A stretch of 10,552 nucleotides of DNA from Calditrichia bacterium (lineage in GTDB: Bacteria; Calditrichota; Calditrichia; RBG-13-44-9). The stretch lies in contig JARRQT010000181.1 in NCBI GenBank assembly GCA_037381445.1, positions 1 through 10,552 of the forward strand, in the 5' to 3' direction. Below are positions 1 to 7,393 of this stretch, piece after piece. Positions within the stretch are counted from its first letter, which is position 1. The number at the start of each line of letters is the position of its first letter. Position numbers and translations under genes: made by a program. Under the pieces are notes generated by a model, which did not search any database, was not told the DNA's origin, and was given only the letters and a program-made list of their open reading frames with translations.

Positions 1-194
1 TTTCGCAGGCTCAGCGGTCGCATGTCTGTCCAAACCTCTTTAATATAATCCAGGCATTCCTGTTTCTTACCGGTTTTCCCCACATCTTTCCACCCCAGAG
101 CATTTTCGCGGTCGGCAGGCCAAATTGAATATTGCTCTTCATGATTCATTACCACCTTATAAATGGTGTTATCTTCTTTTTCATCCCATGCCAT
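1..194 (-). CDS. mbtH: MbtH-like protein (NRPS adenylation-domain partner), 3'-truncated at window edge
   Basis: Manual translation from ATG at 194: [64 protein letters not shown]... It has the NxExQxSxWP motif, the GW tryptophan and WTDMRP. SD-like AGAAAGGA lies upstream. No stop codon in the window, which probably explains its absence from the ORF track. Confidence 0.97.
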   Translation of the reverse strand, partial: MAWDEKEDNTIYKVVMNHEEQYSIWPADRENALGWKDVGKTGKKQECLDYIKEVWTDMRPLSLR

Positions 195-202
195 AATTAG
201 TG

Positions 203-210
203 TCCTTTCT
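203..210 (-). promoter_or_regulatory. Ribosome binding site of mbtH-like gene
   Basis: Minus strand reads AGAAAGGA-CACTAATT-ATG. Confidence 0.8.
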
Positions 211-255
211 TTTTAATTATTTCAAAAAATGTTATTTTAAGAATCATTCGATTTC

Positions 256-1554
256 TCATTTTGACCCTGCCGTTTCCATATCAATGTCGGCCGTTTTACC
301 TTCAATCACGTAGGCAAGATACTTCCGGAAATCGGTACTCGCGGATACCACCAGCGTGAGAAGGGCCATAATTACGCCACAGCCAATGTAAATAACGGGA
401 ATATTTTGTCCGGTCATATCAAAAATCACTCCGCCCAGTCCCATTCCCAGGGGAGACAAACCACCGGAAAGTGTTGCCAGGAAGCCAAAAACCCTGCCTC
501 TGATACGAGTAGGCGTGGTAAGCTGCAATAGCGTCGTCACATTAATCAGAATGAATCCACTCATCATTCCTGAGGATATGGCAAGCACCATGGCCTGATA
601 AGTATTATTTACAAGACCAAGACTGCCATAGAGTACCGATTCAAAAATCATCAGCGCAATCATGGAATGACCTCGCTTTTTCCCATCCAATTTGATGAGC
701 CCTGCTGTTACAGAGCCCACCAGCGATCCAATCCCGTAAAGAGCCAGGAGAAACCCATACCAATCCGCTGTTACCTTCAGATAATTTTCAACATAAAAAG
801 GCAGAAGGACAATTATTGGCATCATGAAAAAGCTCAAAAAACTTGACAGAAGAACGAGCTTTTTCAAACCAGCTGCCGCCCAGATGTAGCGAAATCCTTC
901 TATAACCTCGAGCTTGAATTTGGATAACAAATCCTTCCAATCTTTTCCTTTTTGAGGTATTTCCTGCGGAATAGTGATAAAAGACTCGCTGACGCCTGAG
1001 AATAAATAGGAAAGTCCGTTAAACAAAATCAGGAGCGGCGCTCCCAGGATACGAAAGAGCACACCCCCCAGACCCTGTCCTACAAACATGGAGAGCTGCA
1101 GACTAATCTGTCCCAATGAATTGGCAGTGGCAACCTTTTCAGCAGGCACCAGTTCGGGAATTGAAGCAGAAAAGGCAGGCTGAAAGAAGGCACTAGTAAT
1201 TCCGATTAAAATAGAAGTGAGCAGCAGAGCGGCAATCAGCATACCAGTCATATCGGGAAACAGATATATCAGGATAGCGAGAATAACCACCGCAAAACCA
1301 TTCACAAAATCACTGATAAGGATGATGTTTCGGCGAGAGTAGCGATCAGCAAAGGCGCCGCCAATCGTTCCGAACAGCACTGCCGGAATACTGGATGCCA
1401 TCAGCATCAAACCAATCAATGCGGCTGACCCGGTAGCATGTTTTACCCAAAAAACCATGGCAATAGCAAAAACATTCGATCCCATCATGCTGACAGCCTG
1501 TCCCTGCCACAGGAGAAAAAAGTCTTTATTTAGCAATCTCTTAGGTGTTTTCAC
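256..1554 (-). CDS. MFS transporter, DHA3/MefA/EntS-like; probable peptide exporter (about 432 aa from GTG at 1554)
   Basis: Many hydrophobic segments consistent with about 12 TM helices, N-terminal 'DFFLLWQGQAVS', motif A 'GGAFADRYSRR', central loop 'EGFRYIW', and 'RIRGRVFG'. GTG at 1554 follows AGAAAGGA and is preferred over the ORF-track TTG at 1593. Confidence 0.93.
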   Translation of the reverse strand: MKTPKRLLNKDFFLLWQGQAVSMMGSNVFAIAMVFWVKHATGSAALIGLMLMASSIPAVLFGTIGGAFADRYSRRNIILISDFVNGFAVVILAILIYLFPDMTGMLIAALLLTSILIGITSAFFQPAFSASIPELVPAEKVATANSLGQISLQLSMFVGQGLGGVLFRILGAPLLILFNGLSYLFSGVSESFITIPQEIPQKGKDWKDLLSKFKLEVIEGFRYIWAAAGLKKLVLLSSFLSFFMMPIIVLLPFYVENYLKVTADWYGFLLALYGIGSLVGSVTAGLIKLDGKKRGHSMIALMIFESVLYGSLGLVNNTYQAMVLAISSGMMSGFILINVTTLLQLTTPTRIRGRVFGFLATLSGGLSPLGMGLGGVIFDMTGQNIPVIYIGCGVIMALLTLVVSASTDFRKYLAYVIEGKTADIDMETAGSK

Positions 1555-1559
1555 AAAAA

Positions 1560-1567
1560 TCCTTTCT
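1560..1567 (-). promoter_or_regulatory. Ribosome binding site of MFS gene
   Basis: Minus strand reads AGAAAGGA-TTTTT-GTG, the same SD octamer as upstream of mbtH. Confidence 0.75.
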
Positions 1568-1578
1568 GATATCAGAAA
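1563..1578. repeat. Perfect 16-bp palindrome TTTCTGATATCAGAAA overlapping the MFS RBS
   Basis: The sequence equals its own reverse complement; read directly. Function unknown. Confidence 0.85.
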
Positions 1579-1605
1579 TACTAAAATTTGCAATACTAAA
1601 TACTA
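1577..1605 (-). repeat. Three copies of the heptamer TAGTATT (minus strand) in the NRPS-MFS spacer
   Basis: Plus-strand AATACTA at 1577-1583, 1592-1598 and 1599-1605. The 1599-1605 copy contains the NRPS TAG stop. Confidence 0.7.
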
Positions 1606-4600
1606 CATCTCCTTTGCCGTTATCTTATTAATATTCTGAGGTTCTGATTCTTCCAGTTGCCGAAGATACTTATTCAATTCTCCGGTTAGTACTGAAACAT
1701 GGGGTTCCTGTAACATGCTGATATGATCTCCTGGAATATGAATAATGTCAACCCCATTCTCGGCAAACCTGCTCCATCCTAAATCCGCTTCCTGCGAAGG
1801 TGACGCTAAAACCTCCTCCGATCTGAAAAGAGCTATTTTCCCGGGGTATGTTTTGGGCTCATACTGGCGCCAGGCCTGCCGCATGACCTTTTGGATAGTC
1901 ATGTAGAATCGAAAATCCTGGAAGCGAATATAAAACGGCACCATTTTAGCCTTCTTAGCCTTCCTTAGAACTAGCTTCAGTTGGTCATCATAGGAGAGTT
2001 TCTTAAGTTGATCTATATCCAATGGGAAATTTCGGGAAAAAATATTCATCAGCATTTCAGAATCATCTTTGGGGTTTTCGTCAACCGGAAAGAAGGGACC
2101 CTGATCCATCAACCCCAGAAAGGCCACTTGATGCCCAAGGGACCTAAGCTGTCGGGCCAATTCAAATGCCACAATAACGCCGAGCGACCATCCTCCCAGG
2201 AAATAAGGCCCACGCGGCTGTATCTCCAAAATCGCATCGACATACCGGTTTGCCATCATTTCGATGCTGGTATCCAGCACATTCTTACCATCAATACCCC
2301 TGGCCTGTATGCCGTAAAATGTCCTGTCTTCAATATATCGGGCAAGGTCAGCGTACCAGTGCACACTACCGCCGGACGGATGGACAAAGAACAACGGCTC
2401 TTTAGCGCCACCTTTTTTGAGTTCAATGATCAGGGAAGTATCCGGGGAGCTCTCGTGGTTCTTTAAAAGGCCTGACAGATATTCGATGGTAGGTTCCTTA
2501 AAAAATTGCGCCAGAGAAACATCCTTATTGAATACTTCCCTGATTTTTCCGATTAATCGCACGGCTAGCAGCGAATGCCCCCCCAGATCAAAAAAATTAT
2601 CATTAATCCCCACCCGCTCTTTTTCGAGAATTTCTTCCCACATATGGACCAGTTTTAATTCAAAGGAATCGCGTGGAGCTATATAATGATCTTCTTCTCT
2701 TTTTCGCATTTTAGGCGGTTCAGGTAGCGCACCGCGATCAATTTTTCCGGTGATTGACAGGGGCATTTTCTCCAGTACAACAAAATTTGCCGGCATCATG
2801 TATTCCGGCAACATTTTTTTCATTCGGCGGCGAATCAGGTCCGCCCCGATACTGATACCTTCCTTGAAGACAAGGTAAACGACTATCTTCTTCCCCCTTG
2901 TTTTCCGATCCTTTAAAACGGCGGCTGCGTCCAATATTTCCGGAAATTTCTTCAGAATTCCTTCAATTTCTCCCAGTTCGACGCGGAATCCGCGGACCTT
3001 CACCTGATGGTCCATTCTCCCCATAAATTCGACATTGCCATCCGGCAGATAACGCGCCAAATCACCTGTCCTGTAAAGACGCCCGCCGCCCAGCTGATCG
3101 AAGGGATTCGGGATAAACTTTTCGGCTGTTAAATCCGGGCAGTGCAGATAACCCCGGGCAAGATTGACCCCGGTAATATGCAATTCGCCGGTCACTCCCA
3201 CCGGCACTGGATTCAAATGCTTATCCAATATGTAGAAGCGCACATTATTTATCGGTTTCCCAATGGGAACGGACTCCGATTTTCCCGGCTTCCCATTTGA
3301 AACATGCCAGGAAGAGGCTACTGTCGCTTCGGTGGGACCATAGGCATTCAGAAAGATACGGTTTTGTGACCATCGTTTTACCAAATCCCAATTGCACACA
3401 TCACCTCCTGATACAACTGTTTTTAAGATTGACAGATCCGCTTCTGGCAGAACCGACAAAAGCGCAGGAGGCAGCAAAACATGGGTAATTCCAAAATCGC
3501 GAATAATTTTAGTCCAATCATCCGGCGAAAGGACTTTAGTCTGCTTGGGGAGGTACAGGCTGCTTCCGTTCAATAGCGCACCAAAAATGTCGGCGACGGA
3601 GCCATCAAAGCCAAGACTGAAAAATTGCAGAACAACTGCCGCCGAGTCCAACTCATCATCCCGCTTCATTGCTTTTGCCAGGTTCCAAACCCCCTGATGC
3701 TGCAGCAAGGTGCCTTTGGGTTTTCCGGTTGACCCCGAGGTATAAATGACATAAGCCAGATTCTCGGGCATGACATGGCTCCTGGGATTGGCGGTAGGAT
3801 AATTTGATAATACTTCCTTATCTGAATCAATACAAACTGCAGGCCCCTCAAATTCGGGCAGTTTTCCGAGAAAATCCTGCCGGGTTAAAAGAACTTTAAA
3901 GCCCGCATCTTGAAATATGTAATTCAAGCGATCCGGAGGATTATCCAAATCCACTGGTAAATAAGCTCCACCGGCCTTCAATGTTCCAAGTATTCCTATA
4001 ATGGCTTCGATTGAACGCTCCATGCAGATACCAACAAGTGTCTCGGGTCCCACACCCAGATCCTGCAGATAGCCCGCCAGCTGGTTGGAGCAATTATTTA
4101 ATTCCCCGTAACTGATAAGCCGATTTTCTTCATATAGTGCAACAGCCTCCGGTCTTCTATCAACCTGCCGCTCGAACATATGATGAATGCATGTATCTTC
4201 AAAATCCTGTGTCGCGGTACTATTCCAACCAATCAATATCTGCTCGCTTTCGCCTTCGGTCATCAGGGACAAGTGAGAAATCTGTTTACCTGGTTTTTCG
4301 ACAAATTCCATCAGTAAAACACGGAGATGATCCAGAACCCTGTTTATGGTCGAAGCATCATATTGCCCGCTGTCATAAACAATGCGCAGCGTCAGCGTAT
4401 CACTCAGACCTGCCACCACGGTAATGGGATAATTCGTCTGTTCAGCAAAATCAATATCCTTTACTTCGAGACTGGCTTCAGTCTTGCTCATAGCGGTTTT
4501 GACTGGATAATTTTCAAAAACGAGAATACTATTAAAAAGTGGTAGATCCCTAGGAACTTCACTCCAACCTTGCACAGAAGTGAGTGAGCTGTATTCATAT

Positions 4601-5589
4601 TGACGCATTTCCAGTTGTTGATCCTGAAGATTTTTCAGAAAAGTCATAACCGAAATAGAGGAAGGGAATTTAGCGCGAACCGGCAGGGTGTTAATAAAGA
4701 TGCCCATCATGGTTTCGGCACCGGGCAAATCTGCCGGACGCCCCGAAACCGTGGCACCGAAAAGCACATCTTCTTCACTGGAATAGCGGCTCAGAACAAG
4801 CGCCCAGGCTCCCTGGACGACCGTATTTACAGTGATTTGGTTCTGATTGGCAAATGCCAGCAGCTTCCGCGTCTCATCTTCGCTCAGGGTAATTTCTTTT
4901 TCTTCAAATTGAGATGAGGCACCGGAGGCTTCTTTCCCTGACCTTCCGGTCAGGAGCGGCGTCGGAAGGGTGAATCCTTTCAGGGTCTTTCGCCAGAATT
5001 TCTCCGCTTCCTCCTGATTTTGCTTTTTCAGCCAGACAATGTAATCGCGAAACGGACGTGCCAAAGGCAAGGCAATCGTTCTGCTTTGCCTAATGGATTC
5101 ATAGAGCATAAAAAATTCCTGCAGGAGGATGGGCATCGACCAGCCATCCAGCAAAATGTGATGGTAAGTCCATACGAATTTGAAGGTATTCGGGCCCTCC
5201 TGAATTAATGCCAGTCTCATGAGTGGAACTTTAGACAACTCGAATCCCGCGTGGCATTCATTCTCGATAAATTCGGCAAAAAAATCCTGCGATTCTTTGC
5301 CTTTCAGATCCCTGATATCTTTTATTTCCAATGGAACTTCAACATTTCGGTGAACCATCTGGATAGGTTCCTTCAGCCCTTTGGTTAAAAAAGAAGTTCT
5401 TAAAATTGAATGACGGTTAATGATCTGCTGCCAGCTCTCTCTGAAAGCAGTTATATTTAAATTGCCTTCTAGCGTGCAATTCATCTGTTCCACGTAGACA
5501 CCCGAATCCGGCGCATAAAGGGTATGAAAAAGCATCCCTTGTTGCATGGGCGACAGCGGATAAAAATCTTCAATATTCTTTTTGTCCAT
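1603..5589 (-). CDS. Terminal NRPS module, C(DCL)-A-T-TE, 1328 aa
   Basis: C domain: 'IEDFYPLSPMQQGMLFH', HHILLDG (5143-5163) and 'FGATVSGRP', typical of DCL. A domain: YTSGSTGKPKG, NAYGPTE, LYRTGDL, QVKVRGFRVELGEIE, TGKIDR. T domain: LGGHSL (Ser codon 2572-2574). TE: VHPSGG, GWSLG (Ser codon 2185-2187), LMD and GDH. SD-like GAGTGAGG overlaps the upstream stop codon. Confidence 0.97.
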   Translation of the reverse strand: MDKKNIEDFYPLSPMQQGMLFHTLYAPDSGVYVEQMNCTLEGNLNITAFRESWQQIINRHSILRTSFLTKGLKEPIQMVHRNVEVPLEIKDIRDLKGKESQDFFAEFIENECHAGFELSKVPLMRLALIQEGPNTFKFVWTYHHILLDGWSMPILLQEFFMLYESIRQSRTIALPLARPFRDYIVWLKKQNQEEAEKFWRKTLKGFTLPTPLLTGRSGKEASGASSQFEEKEITLSEDETRKLLAFANQNQITVNTVVQGAWALVLSRYSSEEDVLFGATVSGRPADLPGAETMMGIFINTLPVRAKFPSSISVMTFLKNLQDQQLEMRQYEYSSLTSVQGWSEVPRDLPLFNSILVFENYPVKTAMSKTEASLEVKDIDFAEQTNYPITVVAGLSDTLTLRIVYDSGQYDASTINRVLDHLRVLLMEFVEKPGKQISHLSLMTEGESEQILIGWNSTATQDFEDTCIHHMFERQVDRRPEAVALYEENRLISYGELNNCSNQLAGYLQDLGVGPETLVGICMERSIEAIIGILGTLKAGGAYLPVDLDNPPDRLNYIFQDAGFKVLLTRQDFLGKLPEFEGPAVCIDSDKEVLSNYPTANPRSHVMPENLAYVIYTSGSTGKPKGTLLQHQGVWNLAKAMKRDDELDSAAVVLQFFSLGFDGSVADIFGALLNGSSLYLPKQTKVLSPDDWTKIIRDFGITHVLLPPALLSVLPEADLSILKTVVSGGDVCNWDLVKRWSQNRIFLNAYGPTEATVASSWHVSNGKPGKSESVPIGKPINNVRFYILDKHLNPVPVGVTGELHITGVNLARGYLHCPDLTAEKFIPNPFDQLGGGRLYRTGDLARYLPDGNVEFMGRMDHQVKVRGFRVELGEIEGILKKFPEILDAAAVLKDRKTRGKKIVVYLVFKEGISIGADLIRRRMKKMLPEYMMPANFVVLEKMPLSITGKIDRGALPEPPKMRKREEDHYIAPRDSFELKLVHMWEEILEKERVGINDNFFDLGGHSLLAVRLIGKIREVFNKDVSLAQFFKEPTIEYLSGLLKNHESSPDTSLIIELKKGGAKEPLFFVHPSGGSVHWYADLARYIEDRTFYGIQARGIDGKNVLDTSIEMMANRYVDAILEIQPRGPYFLGGWSLGVIVAFELARQLRSLGHQVAFLGLMDQGPFFPVDENPKDDSEMLMNIFSRNFPLDIDQLKKLSYDDQLKLVLRKAKKAKMVPFYIRFQDFRFYMTIQKVMRQAWRQYEPKTYPGKIALFRSEEVLASPSQEADLGWSRFAENGVDIIHIPGDHISMLQEPHVSVLTGELNKYLRQLEESEPQNINKITAKEM
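1650..2420 (-). other. Type I thioesterase domain (boundaries approximate)
   Basis: PLFFVHPSGG, GPYFLGGWSLG nucleophile elbow, LGLMD and IPGDHISML give an intact Ser-Asp-His triad. Confidence 0.92.
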
Positions 5590-5595
5590 GAGGCC

Positions 5596-7389
5596 TCACT
5601 CGTCTGAATTTTCTATGGTCGAAATGATATCATCCAGGTCCTCCTTATTCCATCCGAATTCGGAAAAATCCGTTCCTGGATAAACACCCGCATCCATATT
5701 TTCGCAGCGGGTAATAAAATCATGCAATTCCAGGATAAATAAGTCTGCCATTTCCTGAATGGTTTGCTGGCAATGAATATTTTCACTATAACTCCATTCC
5801 ATTTGCAATCTTCCATGGCCCACAGCGCCGTTTATTTCTATCAGGTGGCTGCGGATGCTTCTGGGACTTCGTTCGTGTCCGGATGATTCAGTCGCTGTTC
5901 TCAAAATTGCATTTTCCTGCGAGCCACCCTCAAATTGTCCCAAATAATTGAATATTATTTCCGGCCGGGTCAGCTTTTTTATTTGCTCTCTGAATTCCCA
6001 CTCTTTGGATAAATAGCGGAGAATGCCATATCCGATACCTCCCCGGGGAATATTTTTTAGCTGGTCTCTCACGGAAAAAATGATCTCTTCCATTTGATTG
6101 GCTTCCCTGACCAACAGGACCGGATATAAATTCGTGAACCAGCCAACTGTTCTTGAAAGGTCAATATCGTTCCACATTTCCTCCCGCCCGTGGCTTTCCA
6201 AATCTATCAGTAGATTGGTGCCGTGATAGCGATCCGTTACTGTTTTCAGCAGCGCAGAGAGTAGAACGTCATTTATTTCCGTATGATAAACGGCAGGGAT
6301 TTTTTGTAGAAGTATGTGGGTTTCCTCTTCATTTAGAGCTACCGTGATGCTCCGAGCGGAGCCCTCAGTATTAATAGCTTCGGGCATATCCTTCGGGATG
6401 TGTAAAGTCTCCTGGCTTAGCTGGTTTAACCAGAATTTCTTTTCTGCAGCCAGCTCTGCAGATTTTGCATATTCATTGATCCGCTCCGCCCAGTACCGGA
6501 ATGAAGTCGTCTTCATGGGCAGGTTGACGGGTTTCCCTTCACTCACCTGCTGGTAAGCATTTTGGAAATCTTCGAGAAGCACCCGCCATGAAACCGCGTC
6601 CATTACCAGATGATGAATTGCAATGAGCAGTCGGTGGGATTTATTCGGGCCCAGATAGAAACAAGCAATCCTAAAAATGGGTCCGTCCATAAAATTCAAT
6701 CCCGCCTGTATTGCAGCGGTAGCATTTTCAATCTTATCTCTCATTTCGGATGGGGATGAATCCGAAAAATCAAAATACTCAAAGGGCACCCGTCCATTAA
6801 CATCTGCATGATTTTGCTCCCACCCGGCATCTGTCTGCTTAAATCGCAGGCGAAGGGCATCGTGATGAATTATCAGGTGACCGGTCACCGTTTTAAGGAT
6901 TTCCGGATCGAGCGGCTGCATTATTTCCAGAAATACAGATTGGTTATAATGATGCGCTTCCTCAAGATTTTGTTCGAAAAACCAGTGTTGAATGGGGGTC
7001 AAGGGAACGTCGCCAGAGACCGGTCCCTGTTCCGCATGAATATCACGCGATTTGCCTTCCAGTGAGGCCAGGCCTTCAATGGTGGGATGTTGGAAAATAT
7101 CTTTTGCAGTAAGAGCAAAACCCACCTGATTTGCCCGGGAAATGATCTGAATAGACAGTATTGAATCCCCACCCAGTTCGAAGAAATTGTCGCGGATCCC
7201 CACCTTCCCGATCCCCAGCACCTCCTGCCAGATCCGGACCAGCTTTTCCTGGATCAGCGTCTCGGGCGCCACAAATTCGTTTTTCACATCCATCCCGGCC
7301 CGTTCCGGCGCCGGCAGCGCCCGGCGGTCCACTTTCCCATTGGGCGTCAGCGGCAGCTCCTCCAGCATTACAAAAGCCGAAGGAACCAT
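5596..7389 (-). CDS. NRPS C-terminal segment: end of A domain (A10), T, epimerization domain, COM donor; probably the 3' part of the gene encoded at 7391-10552
   Basis: Starts mid-domain at MVPSAFV...PLTPNGKVDR. T motif GGDSI (Ser codon 7162-7164) is typical of a T preceding E. E motifs: PLTPIQHWF, HHLVMDAVSW, ESHGRE, RTVGWFT, PRGGIGYG, FNYLGQF. Acidic tail 'TDFSEFGWNKEDLDDII'. No convincing SD before the ATG at 7389. Confidence 0.9.
   Translation of the reverse strand: MVPSAFVMLEELPLTPNGKVDRRALPAPERAGMDVKNEFVAPETLIQEKLVRIWQEVLGIGKVGIRDNFFELGGDSILSIQIISRANQVGFALTAKDIFQHPTIEGLASLEGKSRDIHAEQGPVSGDVPLTPIQHWFFEQNLEEAHHYNQSVFLEIMQPLDPEILKTVTGHLIIHHDALRLRFKQTDAGWEQNHADVNGRVPFEYFDFSDSSPSEMRDKIENATAAIQAGLNFMDGPIFRIACFYLGPNKSHRLLIAIHHLVMDAVSWRVLLEDFQNAYQQVSEGKPVNLPMKTTSFRYWAERINEYAKSAELAAEKKFWLNQLSQETLHIPKDMPEAINTEGSARSITVALNEEETHILLQKIPAVYHTEINDVLLSALLKTVTDRYHGTNLLIDLESHGREEMWNDIDLSRTVGWFTNLYPVLLVREANQMEEIIFSVRDQLKNIPRGGIGYGILRYLSKEWEFREQIKKLTRPEIIFNYLGQFEGGSQENAILRTATESSGHERSPRSIRSHLIEINGAVGHGRLQMEWSYSENIHCQQTIQEMADLFILELHDFITRCENMDAGVYPGTDFSEFGWNKEDLDDIISTIENSDE
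5700..7010 (-). other. Epimerization (E) domain (boundaries approximate)
   Basis: E core motifs recognisable; preceded by a GGDSI-type T and followed by a DCL-type C in the next gene. Confidence 0.92.
7305..7389. repeat. Inter-module direct repeat of the A10 region (copy 1; copy 2 at 10441-10525)
   Basis: Manual ungapped alignment with 10441-10525 gives 70/85 identical nt; both encode MVPSxFVxLExLPLTPNGKVDRRALPAP. Confidence 0.85.
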
Positions 7390-7393
7390 ACGG
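7387..7393 (-). pseudogene. Frame-disrupting junction (apparent deletion of about 65 nt) within the NRPS A subdomain; real lesion or misassembly
   Basis: Minus strand: CTG GTG GCC TAC TGC GTT CCG / T / ATG GTT CCT TCG. LVAYCVP abuts MVPSAF with 1 nt between, whereas the terminal module has 22 aa (KEGISIGADLIRRRMKKMLPEY) at the equivalent place. Confidence 0.75.

Noticed and set aside
195..255. Fur box, promoter or terminator in the AT-rich MFS-mbtH spacer
   Set aside because: The best Fur-like alignment I found (around AATGATTCTTA) matched only about 10/19. There is no GC-rich hairpin and no convincing -35/-10 pair, so neither iron regulation nor a siderophore product is supported.
2578..2584. 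C7 homopolymer as a phase-variation tract
   Set aside because: It is short, in frame, and simply encodes the Leu-Gly-Gly of the T-domain motif.
7076..7390. Gly/Ala-rich C-terminal tail of the 1157-aa ORF as a novel domain
   Set aside because: It is out-of-frame translation of the A10-T coding sequence after the 7390 junction.
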